Shown one piece after another: positions 1 through 9,688 of a stretch of 57,323 nucleotides of DNA. The stretch's first letter is position 1. Every line of letters starts with the position of its first letter. Under the pieces are notes generated by a model. It searched no databases. It was not told the DNA's origin and worked only from the letters and a program-made list of their open reading frames with translations. The position numbers and the translations under genes were made by a program. Source of the stretch: Flavobacterium sp. (GTDB lineage: Bacteria; Bacteroidota; Bacteroidia; Flavobacteriales; Flavobacteriaceae); the NCBI RefSeq assembly GCF_023151265.1, contig NZ_JAKLJH010000008.1, positions 1-57,323 on the forward strand, written 5' to 3'.

Positions 1-1
1 A

Positions 2-838
2 ACTTATTACTTTGCGGTTCGTTTTCCAAATATTAAGCAAACCTATTTTAGAAGTCTGTCGCAGTATTGGATTTTTACAGGCGTATTATTCTTGGTTTTA
101 ATTATTTATGTTTATTCGGTTTTATTGATGCTAAAGCAAAAAAGATATACCGATTTGCAGAAAGATTTTATCAATAATATGACGCATGAGTTTAAAACAC
201 CATTGGCTTCCATTTTGATTGCTTCTAATTATGCTAATACTCAAAAAGAAATTATCGACAACCCTAAGCTTTCAAAGTACATACAGATTATTATTAATCA
301 GAGTAATAAATTGAACCAACATATCGAGAAAATTCTTTATGTAGCGAAGACCGAAAGTAAGCAAATCGAATTGGAAAAATTGAAAGTGGATCTGAAAGTA
401 TTATTAGAATTAGTTCGAGAAAATATATTTTTAAAACATCAAAAAGAAATCAATATTGATATTCAGTTAGAACGAAATTATGTAGTTCAGGCTGATGAAT
501 TTCATTTTTATAATGTAATTTACAATATCATGGATAATGCGGTGAAATATGCTACTCAAACACCACAAATAACCATTCAATCAAAAGAAAGTTCAAAAGG
601 ATTAGCTTTAAAATTTATCGATAACGGTTGTGGAATTCCAGAAAGCGATTTACCATTTGTGTTTGATAAATTCTATCGTGTAGCAAGAGAAGATAGTAAA
701 GATATTGAAGGTTTTGGAATTGGACTTTCGTATGTAAAACGCGTTTGCGAATGGCACAAATGGAAAGTCGAAGCCAAAAACAATGAAGAAAAAGGAATCA
801 CCATAACCATCCAAATAAACAAAAACGATTATGAGTAA
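2..838 (+). CDS. Sensor histidine kinase, 5'-truncated by window edge
   Basis: Frame is open from base 2 (TYYFAVRFP...YWIFTGVLFLVLII, a TM helix); H-box THEFKTPL, N-box NIMDNAVKY, G1 DNGCGI, F-box FDKFYRV, G2 GFGIGL. Confidence 0.93.
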   Translation, partial: TYYFAVRFPNIKQTYFRSLSQYWIFTGVLFLVLIIYVYSVLLMLKQKRYTDLQKDFINNMTHEFKTPLASILIASNYANTQKEIIDNPKLSKYIQIIINQSNKLNQHIEKILYVAKTESKQIELEKLKVDLKVLLELVRENIFLKHQKEINIDIQLERNYVVQADEFHFYNVIYNIMDNAVKYATQTPQITIQSKESSKGLALKFIDNGCGIPESDLPFVFDKFYRVAREDSKDIEGFGIGLSYVKRVCEWHKWKVEAKNNEEKGITITIQINKNDYE

Positions 839-1517
839 AAAGCGCATTTTGTATGTTGAAGACGACGAAACCTTAGCGTTTTTAACTTCCGATAATTTAG
901 AGCAACATTTTGATGTTACTCATTGTGCCAATGGAAAAGAAGCTTTTCAATTGTTTTGCAAAGAGTCTTTCGATTTGTGTGTTTTGGATATTATGTTACC
1001 CGATATGGATGGATTTGAAATGGCAACTGAAATCAGAAAACGAAATCAAGAAATTCCGATTATTTTTCTTTCGGCAAAAACCATGAAAGACGACCGAATT
1101 AAAGGTTTGAAATTGGGTGCCGATGATTATTTAGTAAAACCATATTCGATTGAAGAATTGATTTTAAAAATCGAAATTTTCTTAAACCGAAGTCAGAAAT
1201 CAACCGATAACTCAAACCAAAAACAATACACTTTTGGAAGTTTTCAATTTGAACCTGAGAATTATTTATTGAAAAATGAAAGCCAAAATATAACTCTTAC
1301 CGAGCGAGAAGCCTCACTTTTAAAACTATTTTTAGACAATCCAAACACGGTTTTAAAACGCGAAAAAATCCTTATGGAATTATGGGGAAGCGATGATTAT
1401 TTTCTAGGCAGAAGTTTAGACGTATTTATTTCAAGATTACGTAAAATCATAAAAGAAGAAACCCACGTGAGAATTGAAAACATTCCGCGCGTGGGCTTTA
1501 AATTGGTTGTTGAATAA
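831..1517 (+). CDS. OmpR/PhoB-family response regulator
   Basis: Receiver motifs VEDD, LDIMLP, GADDYLVKP; winged-helix RSLDVFISRLRK...RVGFKL; overlaps the kinase stop. Confidence 0.95.
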   Translation: MSKKRILYVEDDETLAFLTSDNLEQHFDVTHCANGKEAFQLFCKESFDLCVLDIMLPDMDGFEMATEIRKRNQEIPIIFLSAKTMKDDRIKGLKLGADDYLVKPYSIEELILKIEIFLNRSQKSTDNSNQKQYTFGSFQFEPENYLLKNESQNITLTEREASLLKLFLDNPNTVLKREKILMELWGSDDYFLGRSLDVFISRLRKIIKEETHVRIENIPRVGFKLVVE

Positions 1518-1521
1518 TATT

Positions 1522-1935
1522 TTATTCGAAGCTCATCATATATACTTCTAAGGCTTTGCGTTCTTCAGCCGTCATGGCTTTTGTAATAGCAAAGTTGGTT
1601 TTCATGGTTTCGTATTGCGATGGATCAACAATAGCTTCACCTTCTTCGTTAATGAAAGCAGCAATACTTGCACCTTTTTCCTTATAAATTTTGGCGATAT
1701 CTTTTATTGCTGGTCCAATTACTTTTGTGTCAGCTTTGTGACAAGCGGTACAAGTTCCTTTTCCTTCAAAAAGTTCTTGTCCTTTTGCTAGTAATGGATC
1801 AACAGTAGTTTCTGTTACTACTTCTGTTTTTTCTTGAACAGGATTTCCGTAGGCATCAGTTTCTTTTTTTTCGCCACAATTTGTTAAGGAAATGGCTAAT
1901 GTAAAAACAGCAAACGATTTAAATATAAGTTTCAT
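1522..1935 (-). CDS. Monoheme c-type cytochrome lipoprotein
   Basis: Lipobox-like SLTNC; heme motif CTACH followed by KVIGP; candidate distal Met. Confidence 0.9.
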   Translation of the reverse strand: MKLIFKSFAVFTLAISLTNCGEKKETDAYGNPVQEKTEVVTETTVDPLLAKGQELFEGKGTCTACHKADTKVIGPAIKDIAKIYKEKGASIAAFINEEGEAIVDPSQYETMKTNFAITKAMTAEERKALEVYMMSFE

Positions 1936-1988
1936 TTTGATATAATTTAGAAATATCGATAAAATTACAATATCGCTTTCACTTAGTT

Positions 1989-2004
1989 TGTGACAAATGT
2001 CACA
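1989..2004. promoter_or_regulatory. Crp/Fnr-family box TGTGA-N6-TCACA upstream of cytochrome c
   Basis: tgtgacaaatgtcaca is a perfect CRP-type palindrome, 54 bp upstream of the cytochrome c start. Confidence 0.6.
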
Positions 2005-3003
2005 TTACTTTTTATTCAATAAAATAGCAGCTTCTTTAGCAAAATAAGTCGAAATCAAACTAGCACCCGCTCTTTTGATACACATTAATTGCTCCATCAT
2101 AATTTTGTCATGATCTAACCAACCTCTTTCCGAAGCCGCTTTAATCATCGCATATTCTCCTGAAACATGAAAAACCGTTACGGGAACATCCACTGCATTT
2201 TTAACTTCACGAACGATATCTAAATAAGCAATTCCTGGTTTTACCATTACCATATCAGCGCCTTCTTCTACATCCCAAAGTGCTTCTTTTACTGCTTCAA
2301 TTCTGTTGGCGTAATCCATTTGGTAGGTTTTTTTGTCTTTTGGAACTTCTACATCAGCATCTTTTGGAGCTGAATCCAAAGCGTCACGAAACGGACCATA
2401 AAAAGCCGAAGCATATTTAGCCGAATAACTCATAATGCCCACATTATGAAATCCAGCAGCATCTAAACCTTGACGTAAACGTAAAACACGACCATCCATC
2501 ATATCACTAGGAGCCACAAAATCGGCACCTGCTTTGGCATGAGAAACCGCCATTTTCACTAAAGCATCATTGGTGGCGTCATTTGCCACATCGCCTTTTT
2601 CGATAATTCCATCATGACCATAAATCGAATAGGGATCTAAAGCTACATCGGGCATTACAATCATTTCTGGACAAGCTGCTTTGATAGCACGAATGGCTCT
2701 TTGCATCAAACCATTGTCGTTCCAAGCTTCTTTTCCGGTATTGTCTTTTAAATCATCACTAACTTTTACATAAATGTTAACAGCGCGAATTCCTAAAGCG
2801 AATAATTCTTTCACTTCTTCTACCGTTAAATCTAAAGTGCGACGGAAAATTCCTGGCATAGAAGGGATTTCCACTTTTGTGTTTTCGCCTTCCATAATAA
2901 ACATTGGAAACATAAAATCAGCCGGACTCAAGCTGGTTTCGCGAACTAAACTTCTTATAGATTTGTTTACTCTTAAACGACGACCTCTGTGTATTGGAAA
3001 CAT
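2005..3003 (-). CDS. hemB: Porphobilinogen synthase (Cys-lacking, non-Zn type)
   Basis: DVALDPYSIYGHDG, APSDMMDGRV, SYSAKYASAFYGPFRDA, MVMVKPG. Confidence 0.98.
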   Translation of the reverse strand: MFPIHRGRRLRVNKSIRSLVRETSLSPADFMFPMFIMEGENTKVEIPSMPGIFRRTLDLTVEEVKELFALGIRAVNIYVKVSDDLKDNTGKEAWNDNGLMQRAIRAIKAACPEMIVMPDVALDPYSIYGHDGIIEKGDVANDATNDALVKMAVSHAKAGADFVAPSDMMDGRVLRLRQGLDAAGFHNVGIMSYSAKYASAFYGPFRDALDSAPKDADVEVPKDKKTYQMDYANRIEAVKEALWDVEEGADMVMVKPGIAYLDIVREVKNAVDVPVTVFHVSGEYAMIKAASERGWLDHDKIMMEQLMCIKRAGASLISTYFAKEAAILLNKK

Positions 3004-3115
3004 AATTTGTTATTCAAATATTGATTGGTAAAATTACTATTTTTTTGGACCAGAAATTATGATTTTAACATATTTTCAGAATCTGATAATTTGGTATATT
3101 CATTCATTTCTATAA

Positions 3116-4048
3116 CTAAATTTTTTTATTGGTTTTATCGTAAAGTTCTTTCAGTTTTTTTGGCGGATTAAATCTATAACCAAGCGTGAACTTGAAGGTT
3201 GAAAAATTATCATTTAATCTAATTTTAGCATTAGTATCTTGAACAAAATCAGTAAAATTCAAATTGATAAAACTAAAAAACGAATCCACATTATACCCAA
3301 TTTTAAAACTTCCTGTTACTTCATATAAAGACGAAAAATCGCCATCTACATCATTAAATCCAAAACCAGGAGAAAGTCCAGTCGAAACCAAAAACTTTCC
3401 CCTAATCACTAAATTATAAAAATAGGAAGCCGAAAGCGTTGCTAAATAAACATCACTATGTTCGCCACCACTTCCGTTATTGAGGTCAAAATTGGTGTAA
3501 TAAAAACTAAAATTAGGAATAAAACTTCCTGCGCTTTTGGTTTGCCATTCTTTTTGATTGGCAATGGTTTTAAATGAAAATTTGTCATTAAAAACATAAG
3601 AAGTTGTGCCGCCAATTTTTGTAGTTCTTAATCGTGGTAGAAAAACGGTTACATCATCTTCTACATAAAATCCTTTTTGATTAATGAATGTGATAGATTG
3701 CATCCATTTTTTATGATAAAAACGAGTGCTAATGGTAAATAATTTGGAACCCGAATTATCTTTGTTTTCTTCAAAAAACTTTGGCGAAAAACCGTAACTA
3801 ACATCAATAAATTTATAGCTAAGATTGGCGCCAATTTGTGCTTTTCGGTTGGGAATTAAGCTCAAATGTTTGTTTTCGCCGTCAGAATCAAACAGAAATT
3901 CAAAACTATTAGAAGTGTCTATAAAATATAAACTACTAGTTACTTTTTCGTCATAAGATTTAAAAAAAGGAGTAGACAAAGAATCGTTTTGAGCCACTCC
4001 TAAAATAGTTCCTAAGCAAAAAAATATGTAGCTTAATTTTATATCCAT
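3116..4048 (-). CDS. Putative outer-membrane beta-barrel protein (DUF4421-like)
   Basis: Signal peptide, amphipathic beta strands, QTKSAGSFIP motif, GYRFNPPK near the C-terminus. Confidence 0.65.
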   Translation of the reverse strand: MDIKLSYIFFCLGTILGVAQNDSLSTPFFKSYDEKVTSSLYFIDTSNSFEFLFDSDGENKHLSLIPNRKAQIGANLSYKFIDVSYGFSPKFFEENKDNSGSKLFTISTRFYHKKWMQSITFINQKGFYVEDDVTVFLPRLRTTKIGGTTSYVFNDKFSFKTIANQKEWQTKSAGSFIPNFSFYYTNFDLNNGSGGEHSDVYLATLSASYFYNLVIRGKFLVSTGLSPGFGFNDVDGDFSSLYEVTGSFKIGYNVDSFFSFINLNFTDFVQDTNAKIRLNDNFSTFKFTLGYRFNPPKKLKELYDKTNKKI

Positions 4049-4941
4049 TCAATTGGTTTTGCTAATATTTTTAATAATTTTTCTTCTTCACTTCCCGCTT
4101 CTGGATGATGGTCATAAACCCATTGTACATGAGGTGGCAAACTCATCAAAATACTTTCGATTCTACCGTTCGTTTTTAGTCCGAAAAGAGTTCCTTTATC
4201 GTGAACTAAATTAAATTCTACATAACGACCACGACGAATTTCTTGCCAAGTTCTTTGAGCATCCGAATAAGGTAAATCTTTTCTTTTTTCTACAATTGGA
4301 ACATACGCTTGCAAGAACGAATTCCCAACTTCAGTTACGAAATTGTACCAATCTTCCATTTTCATGGTTTCGGTTGCTTTCAAATAATCGAAAAACAAAC
4401 CTCCAATTCCTCTTGCTTCAAAACGATGTGCATTCCAAAAATACTCGTCGCATTTCTTTTTGTAATTTGGATAAAATTCAAGGTTATGTTTGTCACAAGC
4501 ATTTTTACAAGTTTGATGAAAATGTTTTGCATCATCTTCAAACAGATAATACGGAGTTAAATCTTGTCCGCCACCAAACCATTGGTTGATGATTTCGCCA
4601 TTTTCATTGTACATTTCAAAATAACGCCAATTGGCATGAACAGTTGGTACCATTGGATTTTTCGGATGAATGACTAAACTCAATCCACAAGCAAAGAAAT
4701 CGGCTTCGCCTACACCGAACATTTTTTGCATGGTATCAGGCAATTTACCATGAACGGCTGAAATGTTTACACCGCCTTTTTCAAAAACGTTTCCGTTTTC
4801 AATAACACGTGTGCGACCGCCGCCACCTTCTGGTCGTTCCCAAATGTCTTCACGAAATTTAGTGCTACCATCAATGTCTTCTAATCCTTTACAGATTTGG
4901 TCTTGTAGGTTTTGTATGTAGGTGTAGAATTTATTTTTCAT
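4039..4941 (-). CDS. hemF: Oxygen-dependent coproporphyrinogen III oxidase
   Basis: GGGGRTRV, EKGGVN, HPKNPMVPTVHANWRYF, RRGRYVEFNL, RIESILMSLP. Confidence 0.98.
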   Translation of the reverse strand: MKNKFYTYIQNLQDQICKGLEDIDGSTKFREDIWERPEGGGGRTRVIENGNVFEKGGVNISAVHGKLPDTMQKMFGVGEADFFACGLSLVIHPKNPMVPTVHANWRYFEMYNENGEIINQWFGGGQDLTPYYLFEDDAKHFHQTCKNACDKHNLEFYPNYKKKCDEYFWNAHRFEARGIGGLFFDYLKATETMKMEDWYNFVTEVGNSFLQAYVPIVEKRKDLPYSDAQRTWQEIRRGRYVEFNLVHDKGTLFGLKTNGRIESILMSLPPHVQWVYDHHPEAGSEEEKLLKILAKPIEWI

Positions 4942-5482
4942 GTTCTAATTCATATAATTCCATATCCAATGGAGTTTCATTTGGAGGTGTGTATTCATTT
5001 AAAAGTGTTCTTTTCCACTGGAAACCACATTTTTCTGCAACTTTACAACTTCCAATATTTGTTTTATGAGCAATAATTTGAAATTTATTGAATCCTAAAA
5101 CTTCAAAGCCATATTTTGAGGTTAGTGTAATTGATTTTGACATCCAACCTTTGTTTTCGTATTCAGAGCTAATACAATAGGCAAATTCTCCTTGTTTCGT
5201 ATCCCAATTTATTTTTTTGATAATAATTAAACCAGCAATTTTTGAATTTGAAACATCTTTAATTCCAAATGTAAATTCAGATTTTAAATCGTTTTCTTTT
5301 CTTTTTTCCTCAATATACTTTAAACTATCATCAAAGGATTGATTTTTTGATAGTGTAATTGGAAAATAACGTTTAAAGTTATCAAAATTCAAAACCATCA
5401 TTTCAGATAAACTTTTTGCGTCATCTGCTTGTAAAGTGATTATATGAAATGAATCGGTTTTTATCATTAGTTTATAAATCAA
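4931..5482 (-). CDS. GNAT acetyltransferase, RimJ/RimL type
   Basis: GEFAYCI...YENKGWMS, NIGSCKVAEKCGF. Confidence 0.85.
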   Translation of the reverse strand: MIYKLMIKTDSFHIITLQADDAKSLSEMMVLNFDNFKRYFPITLSKNQSFDDSLKYIEEKRKENDLKSEFTFGIKDVSNSKIAGLIIIKKINWDTKQGEFAYCISSEYENKGWMSKSITLTSKYGFEVLGFNKFQIIAHKTNIGSCKVAEKCGFQWKRTLLNEYTPPNETPLDMELYELEHEK

Positions 5483-5483
5483 A

Positions 5484-6509
5484 CTATTTCTTATACTCCT
5501 TCACCGCCTCAACAAACGCCTTAGCATGATCCACAGGAATATTTGGTAATATACCGTGGCCTAAGTTTACAATGTATTTGTCTTTTCCGAATTCGTCGAT
5601 CATTTCGTGAACCATTTTCTTAATGGTTGGAATTGGAGAAAGTAAACGACTTGGGTCGAAATTTCCTTGTAACGTTATGTTTCCGCCTGATAAATATCTT
5701 GCGTTTCTAGCCGAACATGTCCAATCTACTCCTAAAGCAGAAGCTTTTGATTTTGCCATGTCGTTCAAGGCAAACCAACAACCTTTTCCAAAAACGATTA
5801 CCTCTGTTTCTTCAGCTAAAGCTTCCACAATTTGGTTAATATATTGCCAAGAGAATTCTTGATAATCTACTGGAGAAAGCATGCCTCCCCAAGAATCAAA
5901 AATTTGAATCGCATTACAACCTGCTTTTACTTTTTCTTTTAAGTATAAAATGGTGGTATCGGTGATTTTTTGCAATAATAAGTGTGCTGCTACTGGATTT
6001 GAAAAACAAAATCCTTTTGCTGTATCAAAACTTTTAGAACCTTTTCCTTCTACAGCATAACAAAAAATAGTCCATGGCGAACCTGCGAAACCAATTAATG
6101 GCACTTCGTCGTTCAGCATTTCTTTGGTTAATTTTACGGCATCCATTACGTAACCTAAGGTTTCGTGAATATTCGGAACAAAAACTTGGTTTACTTGTTC
6201 AGCTGTACGAATAGGATTTGGAATTATCGGACCTAAATTGTCTTTCAATTCTACGTGAATTCCCATCGCTCTTGGAACTACTAAAATATCTGAGAATAAA
6301 ATCGCAGCATCTGGTTTTACAATTCTAATAGGTTGAACCGTAATTTCAGCAGCTAATTCTGGAGTTTCGCAACGGGTAAAAAAATCATATTTATCGCGTA
6401 ATGCTCTAAATTCTGGTAAATATCTTCCGGCTTGACGCATCATCCAAACGGGTGGACGTTCAACAGTTTCTCCTTTTAATGCTCGTAAAAATAAGTCGTT
6501 CTTTAACAT
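5484..6509 (-). CDS. hemE: Uroporphyrinogen decarboxylase
   Basis: [38 protein letters not shown]. Confidence 0.98.
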   Translation of the reverse strand: MLKNDLFLRALKGETVERPPVWMMRQAGRYLPEFRALRDKYDFFTRCETPELAAEITVQPIRIVKPDAAILFSDILVVPRAMGIHVELKDNLGPIIPNPIRTAEQVNQVFVPNIHETLGYVMDAVKLTKEMLNDEVPLIGFAGSPWTIFCYAVEGKGSKSFDTAKGFCFSNPVAAHLLLQKITDTTILYLKEKVKAGCNAIQIFDSWGGMLSPVDYQEFSWQYINQIVEALAEETEVIVFGKGCWFALNDMAKSKASALGVDWTCSARNARYLSGGNITLQGNFDPSRLLSPIPTIKKMVHEMIDEFGKDKYIVNLGHGILPNIPVDHAKAFVEAVKEYKK

Positions 6510-6524
6510 GGTTTTTTGTTTTTC

Positions 6525-6557
6525 AGACCTGACAGTTTTCCGAAACCTGTCAGGTCT
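6525..6557. repeat. REP-like palindrome, copy 1
   Basis: agacctgacag-ttttccgaaac-ctgtcaggtct, an 11-bp perfect stem; near-identical inverted copy at 43542-43572. Confidence 0.85.
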
Positions 6558-6560
6558 TGT

Positions 6561-7214
6561 TTATTTGTAATATTTTATAACTTCTTTAATTACATTATCA
6601 ACGGTGGGTTGTGATGCAATTACTATGTTTTTTGTTCTATTTTCTAATGCTTTTGCAGTGGTTGTTCCAATGCAAAAACAGGTTTTGTTTTCTAATGAAT
6701 TCTTTTCTAAAAAACTATTTACACCTGATGGACTATAAAACAAAACGCCATCAAATGATTTTTTTATTTGCTGTGGTTTCAGTTTGGTCTCATATACGAT
6801 AGTTTCGTTGTATGCGATTTTATTTTGCTGAAAAAAAGCAGGAATTGTATTTCTTCTGATATTTCCGCAAAAGAAAGTAAACGAATTACTTTTATATTTT
6901 GATTCGATTATTTGAATTAATTCTTCAGCATAATCGGCACTTTCAATAACTACGAAACCTTTCTTTTCAAGGAATTTCTTGGTTTTACTTCCCACACACA
7001 AACACGAAAAGGTATGAACGTTTTTTATTTTTGATTTTAAAACACTTTTCACCGCTTGTTTACTTGTAAAAACTAAGTAATCGTTTAGTTGAGGTGTTTC
7101 AAAATTAACAGATTTAGTTTGAATAAAATTCTTTTCTACAAGTTCAATTTTAGCATCAGAAAGTTTGTTTTTTAATGCTTTTGAAAGTTTTTTTGTAGAG
7201 AGAATTTGGGTCAT
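6561..7214 (-). CDS. hemD: Uroporphyrinogen-III synthase
   Basis: FTSKQAV, CVGSKT, FYSPSGV, CIGTTTA; lies within the hem operon. Confidence 0.92.
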   Translation of the reverse strand: MTQILSTKKLSKALKNKLSDAKIELVEKNFIQTKSVNFETPQLNDYLVFTSKQAVKSVLKSKIKNVHTFSCLCVGSKTKKFLEKKGFVVIESADYAEELIQIIESKYKSNSFTFFCGNIRRNTIPAFFQQNKIAYNETIVYETKLKPQQIKKSFDGVLFYSPSGVNSFLEKNSLENKTCFCIGTTTAKALENRTKNIVIASQPTVDNVIKEVIKYYK

Positions 7215-7215
7215 T

Positions 7216-7923
7216 TTAGCTTCTAATTTGGTGTTCTTCTTGTCCTAAACAATAGGTTTCTATGTCTTTATTGTATCCATAAACTACTAAAATATCGTCT
7301 TCTTGTACAATAGTGTCAGGTGATGGACGTCCAATAGTTTCTTTTACAATAGATTTTTTTCCAATAAGATTTCGCTTTTCTCTTTTTCTAATGATAGTTA
7401 CTAAGGTTAAACGATATTTATCGATAGAATCTAATTCGGCCAAAGTTTTTCCATAAAATTCTGGTTTAGCTTTTACTTCAGAAATGGTAAAATTATCATC
7501 TAATTGATAGTTTTCTAGAGTAGATTTAAAATTGATTTGTTTAGTTAATCTATCTGCAGACTCTTGTTCAGGATGAATGATGCTGTAAATTCCCATTGCT
7601 TCTAAAACCGTATCGTGAATAGGTGATAGTGCACGACTAATAATTTTTACATCACTCAATTTTTTAATAATAGCTGTTGTAATGATGGCGGCACCTTCGT
7701 TTTCACCAATAGCAACAACTACTTTGTCTGCATCTTTTAAAGGCAAAGCTTCGTAAGATAATTCATTAGTAGAATCTAAGGCAATTGCATGCGAAATCTT
7801 GTCTTTTACTAAATTTACCTTTTCGATGTTCTTATCTACACCAATTACTTCGTTTCCTGTTTCAGTTAAGCTGATAGCAAGTGACATTCCGAAGTTTCCT
7901 AAACCAAATACTATAATTTTCAT
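7216..7923 (-). CDS. Trk/Ktr K+ uptake NAD-binding (RCK) subunit
   Basis: IVFGLGNFG Rossmann motif, IIHPEQESA, TrkA-C domain; follows the Trk membrane gene. Confidence 0.92.
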   Translation of the reverse strand: MKIIVFGLGNFGMSLAISLTETGNEVIGVDKNIEKVNLVKDKISHAIALDSTNELSYEALPLKDADKVVVAIGENEGAAIITTAIIKKLSDVKIISRALSPIHDTVLEAMGIYSIIHPEQESADRLTKQINFKSTLENYQLDDNFTISEVKAKPEFYGKTLAELDSIDKYRLTLVTIIRKREKRNLIGKKSIVKETIGRPSPDTIVQEDDILVVYGYNKDIETYCLGQEEHQIRS

Positions 7924-7933
7924 TTTTGGTAGA

Positions 7934-9676
7934 TTAGTTAATTAATATATTTTCTTTTGGATATTCGTAGAATTGATGATTCAATCTTCGTAATAATCCA
8001 ACCATTAAGTTGAGCATTCCAATACGACCAATAAACATACAAGCAATTAAAATATATTTACTTGGTTCTGTAACAGTAGGTGTATAATTTAAACTCAATC
8101 CTACAGTACTATAAGCTGAAAAACATTCAAAAGCAACTGTTAATAGAGGTGTTCCTTTTGGTTCAAAAATTAGCATTGCTACTATTGATATTCCTATTGT
8201 TATTAAAGATATACACAAAATAGCAAAGGCACGAGATGTAGATTCTGATGAAATTCTTCTTCCAAATAATTCAATTCTGCTTTTTCCTCTAGCTACGGCA
8301 AAAATGTTCAAAGTTGCTAAAGCAAATGTACTCGTTTTGATACCACCTGCAGTAGAAGCTGGAGAACCACCAATCCACATTAAAAAGATGATTAGTAAAA
8401 GTGAAGGAACATTCATTTGAGTAAAATCAACAGCATTAAAACCTGCTGTTCTTGGTGTAACAGAGTTAAATGCGGCGGCAGTTATTTTTCCAAAAGTACT
8501 TTGATGTTCTAATAAAGTGTTGTTGTATTCTGAGATAAACAAGAAAATAAAACCACCAATTAACAAAATTAAAGTAGTATAAATTACAATTTGCGTATTT
8601 AATGTAATGATTCGAACTTTTCTATGAATGATAGTTTTGTCAAAAAGTTCTATTACATGCGTTTTTATTTTTTGATAGAAATTAAAAACAATATTGTGTC
8701 CTAATCCTCCTAAAATAATCAAAGCCATAATAATCCATTGAAGAAAATAGTCAAAACGAATGGCTTCATCATACAATCCAGCCGATAAAATAGAAAATCC
8801 AGCATTACAAAAAGCTGAAATAGAATGGAATATTGAAAAGAAAAATTTATTGTCAATAGTATTGTTGTCAATAATTGATGAATACACAAAAATAGCGCCA
8901 ACAGCCTCCACTCCAATAGTGAAAATCACCACATTTAGAGCTGCTCTAAAAACATCTTTTAAACCTTCATGAGCAATAAAATCTTTGGTATTTAACCCTT
9001 CTTTAAAGGATGAACTTCCTCTAAAAAAGAAGGCGAAGAAAGAAGTAAAAGTTAAGATACCAATTCCTCCTAATTGAATTAAAACTAAAATTATAGATTG
9101 TCCAACAGTTGTAAAAGCCGTTGAAGTATCAACAACTGTTAATCCTGTAACACAAACCGCACTTGTAGAAGTGAAAAGCGCATTGGTAAAGGTAATTCCG
9201 TTTGTTGTAGCACTTGGTAGCATTAATAAAAATCCACCAGTTAGGGCTAAAATCATGAAACTTCCCACAAATACAATAGCTGGATTAAAATAAATATCAT
9301 AAATATGACGCACTAAAACCAACAATCGCAATAAGAAATAAAATATGAGTCCGCCTTCTAAAATAGGTTTTACTTTTTGAAGAATATAATCAGATGGGAT
9401 ATCTAAGTTTAATATTGAAATTACAAAACAGGTTATCATTATCCCAGTTAGTAAAATCATATTTGCAAGTGCTACTTTTTTGTTGCTCTTGTACTTGTAG
9501 GTGAAAAACTTAAAGGAATTAAAAGCCAATAACCCAATAGAAAGAAAAATCAATCCAATTACATGGGGTGAATTATAGTTTTCTTCAAAGTCATATCCAA
9601 AGTCAAAAACTATGAAAAGTAATACGATGATATCAAAAAAGCGATATAAATAATTGAGTAACGATTCTTTCTCCAT
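7934..9676 (-). CDS. Trk/Ktr K+ uptake membrane subunit (TrkH/KtrB family)
   Basis: Pore motifs SAVCVTGL, SAFCNAGF, RTAGF, SAYSTVGLS; MFIGRIG. Confidence 0.95.
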   Translation of the reverse strand: MEKESLLNYLYRFFDIIVLLFIVFDFGYDFEENYNSPHVIGLIFLSIGLLAFNSFKFFTYKYKSNKKVALANMILLTGIMITCFVISILNLDIPSDYILQKVKPILEGGLIFYFLLRLLVLVRHIYDIYFNPAIVFVGSFMILALTGGFLLMLPSATTNGITFTNALFTSTSAVCVTGLTVVDTSTAFTTVGQSIILVLIQLGGIGILTFTSFFAFFFRGSSSFKEGLNTKDFIAHEGLKDVFRAALNVVIFTIGVEAVGAIFVYSSIIDNNTIDNKFFFSIFHSISAFCNAGFSILSAGLYDEAIRFDYFLQWIIMALIILGGLGHNIVFNFYQKIKTHVIELFDKTIIHRKVRIITLNTQIVIYTTLILLIGGFIFLFISEYNNTLLEHQSTFGKITAAAFNSVTPRTAGFNAVDFTQMNVPSLLLIIFLMWIGGSPASTAGGIKTSTFALATLNIFAVARGKSRIELFGRRISSESTSRAFAILCISLITIGISIVAMLIFEPKGTPLLTVAFECFSAYSTVGLSLNYTPTVTEPSKYILIACMFIGRIGMLNLMVGLLRRLNHQFYEYPKENILIN

Positions 9677-9688
9677 TTTGGAATTAAA

